From the NCBI GenBank assembly GCA_037190965.1, contig JBBCKI010000048.1, positions 64,001 through 128,000 on the forward strand: 64,000 nt of DNA, given 5' to 3'. The stretch is from Chthoniobacteraceae bacterium (GTDB taxonomy: Bacteria; Verrucomicrobiota; Verrucomicrobiia; Chthoniobacterales; Chthoniobacteraceae). The translations under genes and the position numbers were made by a program. The notes under the pieces were generated by a model. It searched no databases. It saw only the letters and a list, made by a program, of their open reading frames with translations, and was not told the origin of the DNA. Positions 37,634 to 47,951 of this stretch are shown here, one piece after another. The number at the start of each line of letters is the position of its first letter. Positions within the stretch are counted from its first letter, which is position 1.

Positions 37634-38428
37634 ATGCGCCCCAGCCGAATCCTAAAAGATAGCGCCAACGGCAAGTTGGCAACCTGCGTAAAGTCCAATC
37701 TGCACGACCCGCGCGTGATCGAACTGGCAGGCATGGCAGGGTTCTCCGCGGTCTGGCTTTGCAACGAACACGTCCCGGGAGACTGGGCCGCCATCGAACA
37801 CGGCGTTCGGGCCGCAAAAATCCACGATCTCGACGTCATCGTCCGCATCGCCAAAGGCTCCTACAGCGATTACATCAAACCCTTGGAGTGCGATGCGGCA
37901 GGCATCATGGTGCCCCACGTGACCTCCGCCCAGGAGGCCCGCGAGGTGGTCGACAAGTGCCGCTTCCGGCCGCTCGGCAACCGGGCGCTGGACGGCGGCA
38001 ACGTCGATGGAGGATTCTGCCAGCTCCCCCTTGTCGAATATCTGGAAGCAAGCAATCGCGAAAAGATCATTATCCTCCAGATTGAATCGCCAGAAGGCGT
38101 CGAGGCCGCCGACGAGATCGCCGCCGTGGAAGGGTACGACTTTCTGCTCTTCGGCCCGGGCGACTATGCCCACCGGATCGGAAAGCCGGGACAGATCCAT
38201 GATCCCGAAGTCCTTGCCGCCCGGGCGCGCGTGGAAGCCGCCATCCTTAAACATGGCAAACGCGGGTTCGCAGTGGGCGCGCCAGGCAATCCGAAAGAAC
38301 TGATCGAACGCGGCTACGGCATCGTCAATCTCGGCTCCGATGTCGGATCCCTTAGCGTTGCCTTTCGCGGCATACTCGATGGCTTCTGCAAGAACGCCTC
38401 CGACAGCGGGGCGTACTATCAGCGTTAA
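37634..38428 (+). CDS. HpcH/HpaI aldolase family protein
   Basis: WLCNEH, GIMVPHV, QIESPEG and LFGPGD motifs. Confidence 0.9.
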   Translation: MRPSRILKDSANGKLATCVKSNLHDPRVIELAGMAGFSAVWLCNEHVPGDWAAIEHGVRAAKIHDLDVIVRIAKGSYSDYIKPLECDAAGIMVPHVTSAQEAREVVDKCRFRPLGNRALDGGNVDGGFCQLPLVEYLEASNREKIIILQIESPEGVEAADEIAAVEGYDFLLFGPGDYAHRIGKPGQIHDPEVLAARARVEAAILKHGKRGFAVGAPGNPKELIERGYGIVNLGSDVGSLSVAFRGILDGFCKNASDSGAYYQR

Positions 38429-38471
38429 ACCCAAACTCCGATGCCCGGAGGGGAAGGCGTGACGCAAAGGC

Positions 38472-38631
38472 GGTAGCCCGCTCTCGCTGAGAGCGCGGGA
38501 TCGGTAAGGAGTCGCGCTTGGCGCTCAACCCAGCGGGACGGACCGCCGCTGTTGGGATGCGGCATTAAGGAGAAACGAGAGCCGATACCCGCGCTCGGCG
38601 GCGCGAGCGGACTACCGGTACTACCGCACCA
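38472..38631 (-). repeat. REPIN-like copy 3 (reverse orientation)
   Basis: Reverse complement reads TGGTGCGGTAGTACC-GGTAG-palindrome-GGGTATCGGCTCTCGT...-CTACC. Confidence 0.88.
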
Positions 38632-38702
38632 CTCTTCGTTTTGTAACTTTTCGACGCCTCCGCAAAGATGACGCGCGAGCTCCGCGATGCTATCCTCCGG
38701 CA

Positions 38703-39608
38703 ATGGATCGGCGCGTCATTCCTGTTTTCGAACTCAGCGAGTACCGGCTACCTGCGTCGGATCTGAGCGGCTTTTCCATCGAAACTCTCGCCAGTTCCCT
38801 ATTGAATCACCCCTATCGGTCACGTCCCCATTATCATCACTTCTTTCAGGTCTTCCTGACTTTCGGCTCGGGCAGCCTGATGCATGATTTTGTCGACTAT
38901 TCGATCTCCGGTCCGGTGCTGACCTTCACGAGCCCCGGTCAGGTGCATACGGTGCTGGGCGCGGTAACGGGGTCGTTCATCTCATTCTCGCAGGAGTTCT
39001 TCGACGGCGACACCCCGCCTCCCAGCAAATTGCTCGAATACCCGTTCTTCTTCGCGCCAACGGCACCTCCTTTTCTAAAACTGCGCGACGGGGATATCGA
39101 CTGGTGCAAGAAACTCTTTGCCGAGTTGCAGCGCGAGTATCAAACCGGCCAGCCCGGTGCTCAGGAAATCTTGCGGGCCTACCTGCGGATCCTTTTCACC
39201 CGCATCGCCCGGCTCTACCCTCCCCCGGCTTACGGCGCTTCAGGTTCAGGGGCTTCGTCGCGCCCCGCGCAGCTCGTGCTCGAGTTCCGGCTCGCGGTGG
39301 AAAACCGGTTTCGCGAGTTGACCGCGCTCCCGGCCTACGCCGCGCTTTTGAAGGTCACCGCCAACCATTTGAACGACACCGTAAGGAAGGAGACGGGGCA
39401 GTCGGCAGGCGAGATCATCCGCCAACGCCTGCTTTTGGAGGCAAAGCGGCTTCTGCTCCATTCGGACTTGAGCGTTTCCGAGATCAGTTACGAACTCCGT
39501 TTCAAGGATCCCTCTTACTTTAGCCGCTTCTTCCGACGCCGTTCCGGCCATGCTCCGGCGGCGTTCCGCAACAAAATCCGAGAAAAATACCAGGAAAGCA
39601 CTTCTTAA
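38703..39608 (+). CDS. AraC family transcriptional regulator
   Basis: PHYHHFF, SPGQVH and LRFKDPSYFSRFFRR motifs. Confidence 0.92.
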   Translation: MDRRVIPVFELSEYRLPASDLSGFSIETLASSLLNHPYRSRPHYHHFFQVFLTFGSGSLMHDFVDYSISGPVLTFTSPGQVHTVLGAVTGSFISFSQEFFDGDTPPPSKLLEYPFFFAPTAPPFLKLRDGDIDWCKKLFAELQREYQTGQPGAQEILRAYLRILFTRIARLYPPPAYGASGSGASSRPAQLVLEFRLAVENRFRELTALPAYAALLKVTANHLNDTVRKETGQSAGEIIRQRLLLEAKRLLLHSDLSVSEISYELRFKDPSYFSRFFRRRSGHAPAAFRNKIREKYQESTS

Positions 39609-39665
39609 CACCAAGGACGGCCATTGTTGTTCCCTGCGGAACCGCTTTGATAAAAGCCGCCCATC

Positions 39666-40919
39666 ATGAAGACGCTTGCCGCCGAAGAAGAATTTCCCGC
39701 CGGAGAAAGTACCGGGGAAAACGCCGGAAATAACCGGGACGACCAGACCGCTTTTGCGATTCTGTCCGCCATCGCCTTTTCGCACTTCCTCAACGACTCC
39801 ATCCAGTCGCTGCTCCCGGCGCTTTACCCGCTCTTCAAGGACTCCTTCGCGCTCAGCTTCACGCAGGTGGGGCTGATCTCGCTCGCGTTTCACCTCACTT
39901 CCTCCTTCCTCCAGCCCCTCGTCGGCTTTTACACCGATCGCAACCCGAAGCCGTACCTTCTCGCCATCGGCCTGAGCGTTACTTTGGTCGGCCTGCTGTT
40001 GCTCTCGCTGGCGGGCAACTATCCCCTGATCATCCTGTCAGCTGCGCTGGTGGGGACGGGATCGGCGGTGTTTCACCCCGAAGCATCGCGGATTGCCCAT
40101 CTTGCCTCGGGCGGACGCCACGGCTTTGCCCAATCGTTCTTTCAACTCGGCGGCAATGCCGGCTCCTCGCTCGGCCCGCTCGTGGCGGTTCTGGTGGTGA
40201 CCCAACCGCACATCGCCTGGTTCTCGCTGGTCGCCCTGCTGGCGATCCTCGTTCTTTCGCGCGTCGGCAAGTGGTACCACGCCAAGCTCGCCCTGATGAG
40301 CCGGGGGGCCCGCTCGCAAACCCGCGTCGTCCGCCCCGCGCTCTCCCGCAAAAGGATCATCGGCGCGATCGGGATTCTCCTGGCGTTGATCTTTTCCAAG
40401 TACTTTTACATCGCCAGCCTGGGCAGCTACTACACCTTCTATCTGATCCAGAAGTTCGGCGTCTCCGTGCAAAGCGCGCAGATCCATCTCTTCGTGCTCA
40501 TGGCGTCCATCGCGGCCGGAACACTGATCGGCGGGCCGGTGGGCGACCGCTTTGGCCGCAGGATTGTCATCTGGATTTCCATCCTCGGCACTGCCCCTTT
40601 CAGCCTTTTGCTGCCTCACGCGAGCCTCTTCTGGACGGGCGTGTTGAGCGTTTTCATCGGTGTCATCCTCTCCTCGGCGTTCTCGGCGATTCTTGTCTAC
40701 GCGCAGGCGCTCATTCCCGGGAAAGTCGGGATGATCGCGGGGCTTTTCTTCGGGTTCGCCTTCGGCATGGGAGGAATCGGATCGGCGTTGCTGGGAAAAC
40801 TGGCGGATTCCACCAGCATCGACACCGTTTTCCACCTCTGCGCCTTCCTCCCTTTGATCGGATTGCTGACGATCTTCCTGCCCGATGTGGAGCAACGCTC
40901 CTCAAGAAAAACTACGTAA
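39666..40919 (+). CDS. MFS transporter, Fsr (fosmidomycin efflux)-like
   Basis: SHFLNDSIQSLLPA, SAVFHPE, GLFFGFAFGMGG motifs; about 12 TM segments. Confidence 0.9.
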   Translation: MKTLAAEEEFPAGESTGENAGNNRDDQTAFAILSAIAFSHFLNDSIQSLLPALYPLFKDSFALSFTQVGLISLAFHLTSSFLQPLVGFYTDRNPKPYLLAIGLSVTLVGLLLLSLAGNYPLIILSAALVGTGSAVFHPEASRIAHLASGGRHGFAQSFFQLGGNAGSSLGPLVAVLVVTQPHIAWFSLVALLAILVLSRVGKWYHAKLALMSRGARSQTRVVRPALSRKRIIGAIGILLALIFSKYFYIASLGSYYTFYLIQKFGVSVQSAQIHLFVLMASIAAGTLIGGPVGDRFGRRIVIWISILGTAPFSLLLPHASLFWTGVLSVFIGVILSSAFSAILVYAQALIPGKVGMIAGLFFGFAFGMGGIGSALLGKLADSTSIDTVFHLCAFLPLIGLLTIFLPDVEQRSSRKTT

Positions 40920-41313
40920 CCAGCCGCAGGATTAATGGGTAACGAAACGCCCTCCCCTTGCTGGCCGCGATGGCCCCGAGAATGACCAGCGCAATATCCG
41001 CGATCCAAAGGGCGAATAGGAGAACAAACCCCACCAGGATCAGGACGAGCACCCCCGCGATCACGGCGTAAAGCGTATAGCTGATCTGAGCATTGAGCGC
41101 CTCCTTGCCCTGATCGTCCACAAACGGGGAGGTATCCCGTTTGATCAGCCACACCACCAGCGGTCCGATGATTTGCCCGAGAGGGAAAAAATGCCCGGCA
41201 AATGCGCTCAGATGCGCGATGACAGCCCAGTTCCGATCATCTTTTCCCGTCGGGACGGGGCGTGAATCCGGATAGTGCGATGCGGAGCCGGGGCCGGGAT
41301 TGAGCGGGTCCAT
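40912..41313 (-). CDS. DUF4870 family membrane protein
   Basis: WAVIAHLS, GPLVVWLIK, GKEALN and FRYP motifs; start uncertain (41313 or 41334). Confidence 0.85.
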   Translation of the reverse strand: MDPLNPGPGSASHYPDSRPVPTGKDDRNWAVIAHLSAFAGHFFPLGQIIGPLVVWLIKRDTSPFVDDQGKEALNAQISYTLYAVIAGVLVLILVGFVLLFALWIADIALVILGAIAASKGRAFRYPLILRLVT

Positions 41314-41428
41314 CAAACCGGAATCGAAGCGCATCCTGTTTTTGCGCGATTTCTCCCGGCTCCCTTGACGAGACCCGCGCCGGGCCCGCACATTGGGCTT
41401 ATACTACTCTCACCATCTGGAGTTCACG

Positions 41429-42187
41429 ATGCGCCTCTTCTCTTTCCTGCTTCTCCTCGCCGCCGCCGTGCCGCTCCATGCCGGGTGGCGCGTGGAATCG
41501 TCCACCCCCCATTCGGCCAGCCCCGCCCTCACCCATTGGGTGAAAAAAGTCCGCAACGGTCGCGAGCGTCCAATGGAGCTGCAACTGGTCCTCCTCGACC
41601 GGTCCAAAACCACCCTGAAGGTGATCGACCTTCCGCCCGGGGCCAGCGTTGCCGAGGGGCTTCGAAAATCCGGCGCTTTGGCCGGCGTCAATGGCGGCTA
41701 CTTTCACCGCGACCGCACCCCGTTGGGCCTCGTCATCAGCGGCGGCGTCAAGACGAACCCTTTCCAACGCGCAAAACTGCTCAGTGGCGTATTGGCTGTG
41801 ACACCGCGCGGAGCAAGCCTGCTGCGTAACGCGGAGTACCGTGACGGCGCCCAAGTCAAGGAAGCTCTCCAGTCGGGCCCCTACCTCGTGGACCGTGGCA
41901 AAGCCGTCGCTGGCCTCAATGCCACGCGCGCGGCGGAACGAACCGTGCTGCTCGCCGACAAAAAAGGGGTGGCGGCACTCCTGATCACCCCGCCGATCAC
42001 GCTGGCCAAAGCAGGCGAACTGCTCGCCACTCCGGGGCTGTTTCCGGAGCTCAAGATCGAACGCGCCCTGAACCTCGACGGCGGAAGCTCGACCGCGCTT
42101 TGGGTGAATGATCACCCCGCCCCCTATTCCCACAGCGAATGGAAACGAGTCCGTAATGCCGTGGCCGTGATGCCGAAGAATCCGTGA
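41429..42187 (+). CDS. phosphodiester glycosidase (NAGPA/DUF2233) family protein
   Basis: Signal peptide; GVNGGYF, QSGP, ERT and ALNLDGGSST motifs. Confidence 0.87.
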   Translation: MRLFSFLLLLAAAVPLHAGWRVESSTPHSASPALTHWVKKVRNGRERPMELQLVLLDRSKTTLKVIDLPPGASVAEGLRKSGALAGVNGGYFHRDRTPLGLVISGGVKTNPFQRAKLLSGVLAVTPRGASLLRNAEYRDGAQVKEALQSGPYLVDRGKAVAGLNATRAAERTVLLADKKGVAALLITPPITLAKAGELLATPGLFPELKIERALNLDGGSSTALWVNDHPAPYSHSEWKRVRNAVAVMPKNP

Positions 42188-42204
42188 TCAGGATGCGCGC
42201 CAAC

Positions 42205-42376
42205 TGGTGCGGCAGCACCGGTAGCCCGCTCGCGCCGCGAGCGCGGGAGAGGACGCGGTGGCGCGTTCGGCTTTCATCCCAGCCAGACAAACTGCCGGTC
42301 TTGAGATTGGCAAAAATCGGGAGGCATCAAGAGACACGTAAGTCGATACCCGCGCTCGCGGCGCGAGCGGGCTACC
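42205..42376 (+). repeat. REPIN-like copy 4 (core inverted relative to the flanking hairpin)
   Basis: Flanking hairpin, GGTAG at 42220, CTACC ending at 42376. The spacer matches copies 1-3 only as the reverse complement. Confidence 0.85.
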
Positions 42377-42407
42377 TTTGCCTGTCCTCCAGAAACCCGT
42401 CCCTTGC

Positions 42408-43067
42408 TTATCTCACCGCGCGCAAGATCGGCGCGGGCGTATGCGCGGGAATCATTGACGGAGCGATTGCCCGCGATTCGGCCTCGGATTCTTTGCCGAC
42501 GTAAATCGCTTCGTCGGGCCAATCCTTGCGAAGATAACCGTCCTGCATGTTCACGCTGGGGACGTAGTTACGCAAAACCCGCACGGGCGCGAGAAGGCGC
42601 ATGGTGGAAATCTCCTCGATGGAATCTTCCCCGTGATTGCGCCGCAGGAGCGGGATCAACTTTTCCTGCACCGTCACGACGATGTCGGTGTCGCTTGCCC
42701 CGTCGATGAAAAGAAGCATGGCGATCTTCCCGTCGATTTCGGCAATGTGGCTCTCGAAAATGAACTCCGTGAAGATGGAGCGGACAAACGGCTCCTGGGC
42801 GATGTCCTGCTTGATCTGGGTGGGCGTCATCCCGATCCGGAACTTGATGATGTAAAGGTGCCGGGTCTTGAACTGGCCCGTCCCGGTCATGGAGAGATCG
42901 ACATGGGTGTGGTAGCTCAGGACGCCGTCCTGCTCCAAACGCTGGCGTTTGCGGCTCACGGTCCGGACGTTGACGCCGGTCAGTTCACCAATCCCGTTAT
43001 CGCTTTCGCGGGGGTCTCGAATGAGGGCGCGGGCGATTAACCGCTCCTGCTCGTCAAGTTCTCTCAT
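42408..43067 (-). CDS. Lrp/AsnC-type wHTH regulator with an atypical C-terminus
   Basis: LDEQERLIARALIRDPRES...IGELTGVNVRTVSRKRQRLEQDGVL; alternative start at 43094. Confidence 0.75.
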   Translation of the reverse strand: MRELDEQERLIARALIRDPRESDNGIGELTGVNVRTVSRKRQRLEQDGVLSYHTHVDLSMTGTGQFKTRHLYIIKFRIGMTPTQIKQDIAQEPFVRSIFTEFIFESHIAEIDGKIAMLLFIDGASDTDIVVTVQEKLIPLLRRNHGEDSIEEISTMRLLAPVRVLRNYVPSVNMQDGYLRKDWPDEAIYVGKESEAESRAIAPSMIPAHTPAPILRAVR

Positions 43068-43243
43068 GGCTGGGTAATCGACATCGTAGCCCATTTTTTC
43101 CTGCGGTCACGCCAAACCTCTTCAAAGTTATGATTCACCTGTAGAAACGCTCAAACTGGCCATTCGATACGATTCATTGTCCAGTTTGAGTCTCATTATT
43201 TTTAAAAAATGCAAATTTACGCCTCTTTCATGTTTAAATTGTC

Positions 43244-43271
43244 TTGAATCAACATCCCGCATCCCTAGGAT
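43244..43271 (+). promoter_or_regulatory. sigma70 promoter candidate for gltB
   Basis: TTGAAT-16 nt-TAGGAT preceded by an AT-rich tract. Confidence 0.45.
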
Positions 43272-43338
43272 GAGCAGACCGCCAAGAGCGCACCCCCCAC
43301 CATTAAACCTCATGCCACCTCACTAAAGTTTACTGCTT

Positions 43339-46300
43339 ATGAACCAGGTCATCCTCGATCAGACCTCGCACCTTCGCGGGCTCTATTCCCCGGGCCAAGA
43401 ACATGACGCCTGCGGCGTCGGATTCATCGCTTCCATCAAGGGCCAACGCTCCCACAAAATTCTGCGCCACAGTTTGACGGCGCTCCGCAACCTGGCTCAT
43501 CGCGGCGCCATCGACGCCGATGCCAAAACCGGCGACGGCGCCGGCGTGATGACCCAGATCCCCCACAAACTCTTCGCCGCCGAAGTCAAAAAGCTGGGTC
43601 ACCGACTTTATCACGACGAAGACCTCGGCGTCGGATTCATCTTCCTGCCGCACGACAACGCTTACGCCCAGGCCCGGGCCAAGGCCATTGTCGAAAAAGT
43701 CATCGCCAAGCGCGGTCTCTTCCTCTTCGGCTGGCGCGAAGTGCCGATCCACCTCAGGGTTCTCGGCGAAAAGGCACAACTCACCATGCCCCGCATCGAG
43801 CAAGTGCTCGTGGGCAAGCCCGCCGACATCGACGCCGACGAGTACGAACGCCGCCTCTTCCTGGTCCGCAACGAAGTGGAAAAACGCGCCGCCGAAGCGG
43901 AAATCAAGCATTTCTATATCCCGTCGTTCTCGCACCGGACGATCATCTACAAGGGGCTGCTCACCTCCCCCACGCTGGAGACGTTCTATAAGGATCTGAC
44001 GAACCCGGATTACGAGACCTCCATCGCCGTCTACCACTCCCGCTACAGCACCAACACCTTCCCGACCTGGCCGCTCGGCCAGCCGTTCCGGATGCTCGCG
44101 CACAATGGCGAGATCAATACCCGGCGCGGCAACGTGAACTGGATGCACGCCCGCGAAGCCGAATTGCAGGCGGGCGCATGGGGCACGGACATTGACCTTC
44201 TCAAGCCGATCATCCAGCCCGGCGGCTCGGACTCCGCGGAACTCGACAACTCGCTGGAAGCCCTCGTGATGAGCGGGCGCAACATCCTGCACGCGATGAC
44301 CATGCTGGTGCCGCCCGCCTTCCGCGCGGACAAGAACCTGCCGGAGCCGATCCGCGCGTTCCATGAATATCACCGCGCCTTTAACGAACCGTGGGACGGC
44401 CCCGCCGCCCTCGTTTTCAGCGACGGGCTTACCGTCGGCGCGTGTCTCGACCGCAACGGCCTGCGCCCCTCCCGCTACAAACTGACTGACGATGGGATCT
44501 TCTCGCTCGGCTCCGAAGTCGGCACCATCGAGTTCGACGACGAGCACGTGCTGGAAAAGGGACGGCTCGCTCCCGGCGAGATGATCGCCATCGACACGGT
44601 GGAAGGCGTCCTGCTGCGTGACGATGCCATCAAGACCCGCCTCGCCGCCGCGCAGCCGTATGGCGAATGGGTGAAGACCCATCTCAAGCCGCTCGAAACG
44701 TTCGTGACCGAACCGGTCAAGGAACCGGAGGGCGACCTCGATATTCTCACGCTGACGCAAAAGCAGATCGCCGCCGGGTACTCCAGCGAAGAGTTGGAAA
44801 TGGTGCTCAAGCCGATGGCAAAAAGCGCCTACGAAGGGATCAGCTCCATGGGCGACGACACGCCGCTGGCCGTTCTCTCGCTCCAGCCGCGTTTGTTGTA
44901 TAGCTACTTCAAGCAACTCTTCGCGCAGGTGACAAACCCGCCGATCGATCCGATCCGCGAGAAGCTGGTCATGTCGCTCTACACCGGCCTCGGCTGGCGG
45001 CGCAACCTGCTGGGCGAAACTCCGGAACACGCGAATCTGGTGATCGCCAAATCGCCCATTCTTCTGGAGAACGAATTTGCGGCCCTCAACACCATCCCCG
45101 ACCACCCGCTGGCCGTCATCAGCACTGTCTGGCCCTTGGCGGAAGGCGAACAGGGATTGGAAAAAGCGATCGACCAGATTTGCGAAGAAGCGGAATTCCG
45201 CGTTCGCCAGGGCGTTCGGCTGCTGGTCCTGAGCGACCGCGCCGTCGATCACGAGAACGTGGGCGTCCCGATGCTCCTCGCCACCGGTGCGGTGCATCAC
45301 CGCCTGATTCGCGCGGGGCTCCGCATGAAGGCGAGCATTATCTGCGACACGGCGGAAGCCCGCGACGTGCACCAGATCGCCTGCCTCATCGGCTACGGCG
45401 CAAGCGCGGTCTGCCCCTACCTCGGCTTCGAAACCTGCCGGGAGCTTCTGGAAAAAGACAAGGCGCTCGCCCCCGCCAAGCAGCAGTTCGTCGGAATTAG
45501 CTACGAGAAGACCGTCGCCAACATGCGCCAGGCCCTGGAGGACGGGCTGCTCAAGATCATGTCGAAGATGGGAATCTCCGTGCTCGCCAGCTACCAGGGC
45601 GCGCAGATCTTCCAGGCCATCGGCGTGGGCGATGCGGTAATCGCCAAGGCGTTCAACGGCACCCCATCGGGCGTCGGCGGCGTCGGCTTTGCCGAGATCG
45701 CCCGCGAAAGCCTGGAACGGCACCACAAGGCCTATGCCGCGCCGGTTCCCACGGACAAGGACGGCACCCCGCTTCTCGAAGACGCCGGGTATTTCCGGTT
45801 CCGCCGCGACGGGGAGACGCACGCCGTCACTCCGCCGGTCATCAAGAACTTCCATACCTTCGTCAAGAGCGGCAACCCCGCCGACTACAAGGCCTATGTG
45901 GAAGCGCTCAAGGCAAACCGCCCCATCGCGCTCCGCGACCTCTTCGAATTGGTCCCCTCACCCGAAGGGCCGGTGCCCATTGAGGAAGTCGAGGAGATCG
46001 AAGACATCCGTAAACGTTTCACCACGGCAGCCATGTCGCTCGGCGCGCTCAGCCCCGAAGCCCACGAATGCCTGGCCATCGCCATGAACCGGATCGGCGG
46101 CAAGTCGAACTCCGGCGAAGGCGGCGAGGACCCCGAACGCTTCCGCCGCCGCGACAATGGCGACCTCGCCAACAGCGCGATCAAGCAGGTGGCCTCCGCC
46201 CGCTTCGGCGTGCATGCGGCTTACCTGGCCAGCGCGAAGGAAATCGAGATCAAGATGGCGCAAGGCTCCAAGCCGGGCGAAGGCGGGCAGCTCCCCGGCT

Positions 46301-47928
46301 TCAAGGTGAGCGGGTTGATCGCCACGCTCCGGCACACCGTGCCGGGCGTGATGCTCATCTCCCCGCCGCCACATCACGACATCTATTCCATCGAGGATCT
46401 CGCCCAGCTCATCCATGACTTGAAAGAGGTCAACCCGCGTGCACGCATCTGCGTAAAGCTCGTCTCCGAAGCCGGGGTAGGCACCGTGGCGGCAGGCGTC
46501 GCCAAGGCGCATGCGGACATCATCCTGATCAGCGGCCACGACGGCGGCACCGGCGCGTCCCCCCTGAGTTCGATCAAGAACGCGGGGAGCGCGTGGGAAC
46601 TGGGCGTCGCGGAAGCCCAGCAGGTACTAGTGATGAACGGCCTGCGCAACCGCGTGACGCTACGCACCGACGGCGGCCTCAAGAACGGCCTCGACATCAT
46701 CCACGCCACGATCCTCGGCGCGGAGGAATACAACTTCGGCACCATCGCGTTGATCGCCGCCGGTTGCGTCTACGTCCGCCAGTGTCACCTCAACACCTGC
46801 CCGGTCGGCGTCGCCACCCAGGACGAACGGCTGCGCGGAAAGTTCAAGGGGAAGCCCGAGCATGTCATCAACTTCTTCAACGCAGTGGCAGAAGAAGTTC
46901 GCGAAATCATGGCAGCCCTCGGCGTCCGGAGCATCGACGAACTGGTGGGACGCACGGAGTTCCTGCGCCAGCGGCACGTCGCCGATCACCCGAAGGCCAA
47001 CACCCTCGACCTCTCCCGCCTCCTCGCGAGCGCGGTCCCCGTCGACGGCAGCCCCCGGCATAACACCCGCAATCGCAACGACGGCTCGCGCGATCGCCCG
47101 CTCGACGACCTGATCCTTCAGGACGCGAAAGACGCGATCAGCGACAAGCGCCCCGTCTCGCTCTCCTACGAGGTGAGCAACATGCACCGTTCCATCGGCG
47201 CGAAGGTCTCCGGCGAGATCGGCTACCAGTGGGGCATCGAGGGATTGCCCGAAGGCACCTTGGAGCTCAAGCTGGAAGGAAGCGCGGGCCAGAGCCTCGG
47301 GGCGTTCCTGAGCGCGGGCGTGAAGATTGAATTGACCGGCGAAGCCAATGATTATGTCGGCAAAGGGATGAGCGGCGGCGAGATCATCGTGCGGCCGCAC
47401 GCCAAGGTCGGGTTCAAACCGCAGGACAACTCGATCATCGGCAACACCTGTATCTACGGAGCGACCGGTGGCACCCTCTTCGCGGCAGGCCGCGCCGGGG
47501 AACGCTTCGCCGTCCGCAACTCAGGCGCGGCGGCGGTTGTCGAAGGAATTGGCGATCACGGCTGCGAATACATGACCAACGGCACCGTGGTCGTACTCGG
47601 CAGCACCGGGAAGAACTTCGGCGCCGGGATGACCGGTGGCGTCGCCTACGTGCTCGACAAGGATGGCCAGTTTGAGTCGCGCACCAACCTTTCGCTGGTC
47701 AGCCTGGAAAGCCTGACACCGGAAGACGTGGTGATTCTCCAGCAGTTGATCTACCGGCACCTCGTCGCCACCGACAGCGCCCTCGCCCGTTGGATCCTGG
47801 CCACCTGGCCCGATCACGGACCGAAATTCCGCAAAGTCATTCCCCGCGCCCCGGAAGCTCCGGCGGCCAAGGTGGTGGCGGCAGCGGAAACGGTGCTGAC
47901 CGAGCAAGTCACGGCGGCGAAACCGTAA
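43339..47928 (+). CDS. gltB: glutamate synthase large subunit
   Basis: EHDACGVG, HSRYSTNT, EPWDGPA, AQGSKPGEGGQLPG motifs and 3Fe-4S motif CVYVRQCHLNTC. Confidence 0.98.
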   Translation: MNQVILDQTSHLRGLYSPGQEHDACGVGFIASIKGQRSHKILRHSLTALRNLAHRGAIDADAKTGDGAGVMTQIPHKLFAAEVKKLGHRLYHDEDLGVGFIFLPHDNAYAQARAKAIVEKVIAKRGLFLFGWREVPIHLRVLGEKAQLTMPRIEQVLVGKPADIDADEYERRLFLVRNEVEKRAAEAEIKHFYIPSFSHRTIIYKGLLTSPTLETFYKDLTNPDYETSIAVYHSRYSTNTFPTWPLGQPFRMLAHNGEINTRRGNVNWMHAREAELQAGAWGTDIDLLKPIIQPGGSDSAELDNSLEALVMSGRNILHAMTMLVPPAFRADKNLPEPIRAFHEYHRAFNEPWDGPAALVFSDGLTVGACLDRNGLRPSRYKLTDDGIFSLGSEVGTIEFDDEHVLEKGRLAPGEMIAIDTVEGVLLRDDAIKTRLAAAQPYGEWVKTHLKPLETFVTEPVKEPEGDLDILTLTQKQIAAGYSSEELEMVLKPMAKSAYEGISSMGDDTPLAVLSLQPRLLYSYFKQLFAQVTNPPIDPIREKLVMSLYTGLGWRRNLLGETPEHANLVIAKSPILLENEFAALNTIPDHPLAVISTVWPLAEGEQGLEKAIDQICEEAEFRVRQGVRLLVLSDRAVDHENVGVPMLLATGAVHHRLIRAGLRMKASIICDTAEARDVHQIACLIGYGASAVCPYLGFETCRELLEKDKALAPAKQQFVGISYEKTVANMRQALEDGLLKIMSKMGISVLASYQGAQIFQAIGVGDAVIAKAFNGTPSGVGGVGFAEIARESLERHHKAYAAPVPTDKDGTPLLEDAGYFRFRRDGETHAVTPPVIKNFHTFVKSGNPADYKAYVEALKANRPIALRDLFELVPSPEGPVPIEEVEEIEDIRKRFTTAAMSLGALSPEAHECLAIAMNRIGGKSNSGEGGEDPERFRRRDNGDLANSAIKQVASARFGVHAAYLASAKEIEIKMAQGSKPGEGGQLPGFKVSGLIATLRHTVPGVMLISPPPHHDIYSIEDLAQLIHDLKEVNPRARICVKLVSEAGVGTVAAGVAKAHADIILISGHDGGTGASPLSSIKNAGSAWELGVAEAQQVLVMNGLRNRVTLRTDGGLKNGLDIIHATILGAEEYNFGTIALIAAGCVYVRQCHLNTCPVGVATQDERLRGKFKGKPEHVINFFNAVAEEVREIMAALGVRSIDELVGRTEFLRQRHVADHPKANTLDLSRLLASAVPVDGSPRHNTRNRNDGSRDRPLDDLILQDAKDAISDKRPVSLSYEVSNMHRSIGAKVSGEIGYQWGIEGLPEGTLELKLEGSAGQSLGAFLSAGVKIELTGEANDYVGKGMSGGEIIVRPHAKVGFKPQDNSIIGNTCIYGATGGTLFAAGRAGERFAVRNSGAAAVVEGIGDHGCEYMTNGTVVVLGSTGKNFGAGMTGGVAYVLDKDGQFESRTNLSLVSLESLTPEDVVILQQLIYRHLVATDSALARWILATWPDHGPKFRKVIPRAPEAPAAKVVAAAETVLTEQVTAAKP

Positions 47929-47951
47929 CCTGAGCCGAAAGTATAACAATG

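Noticed and set aside
17704..42376. Repeats considered as a CRISPR array
   Set aside because: They are dispersed and inverted with homologous spacers, not tandem direct repeats, and there are no cas genes.
43330..45855. 841-aa minus-strand ORF
   Set aside because: Antisense to gltB.
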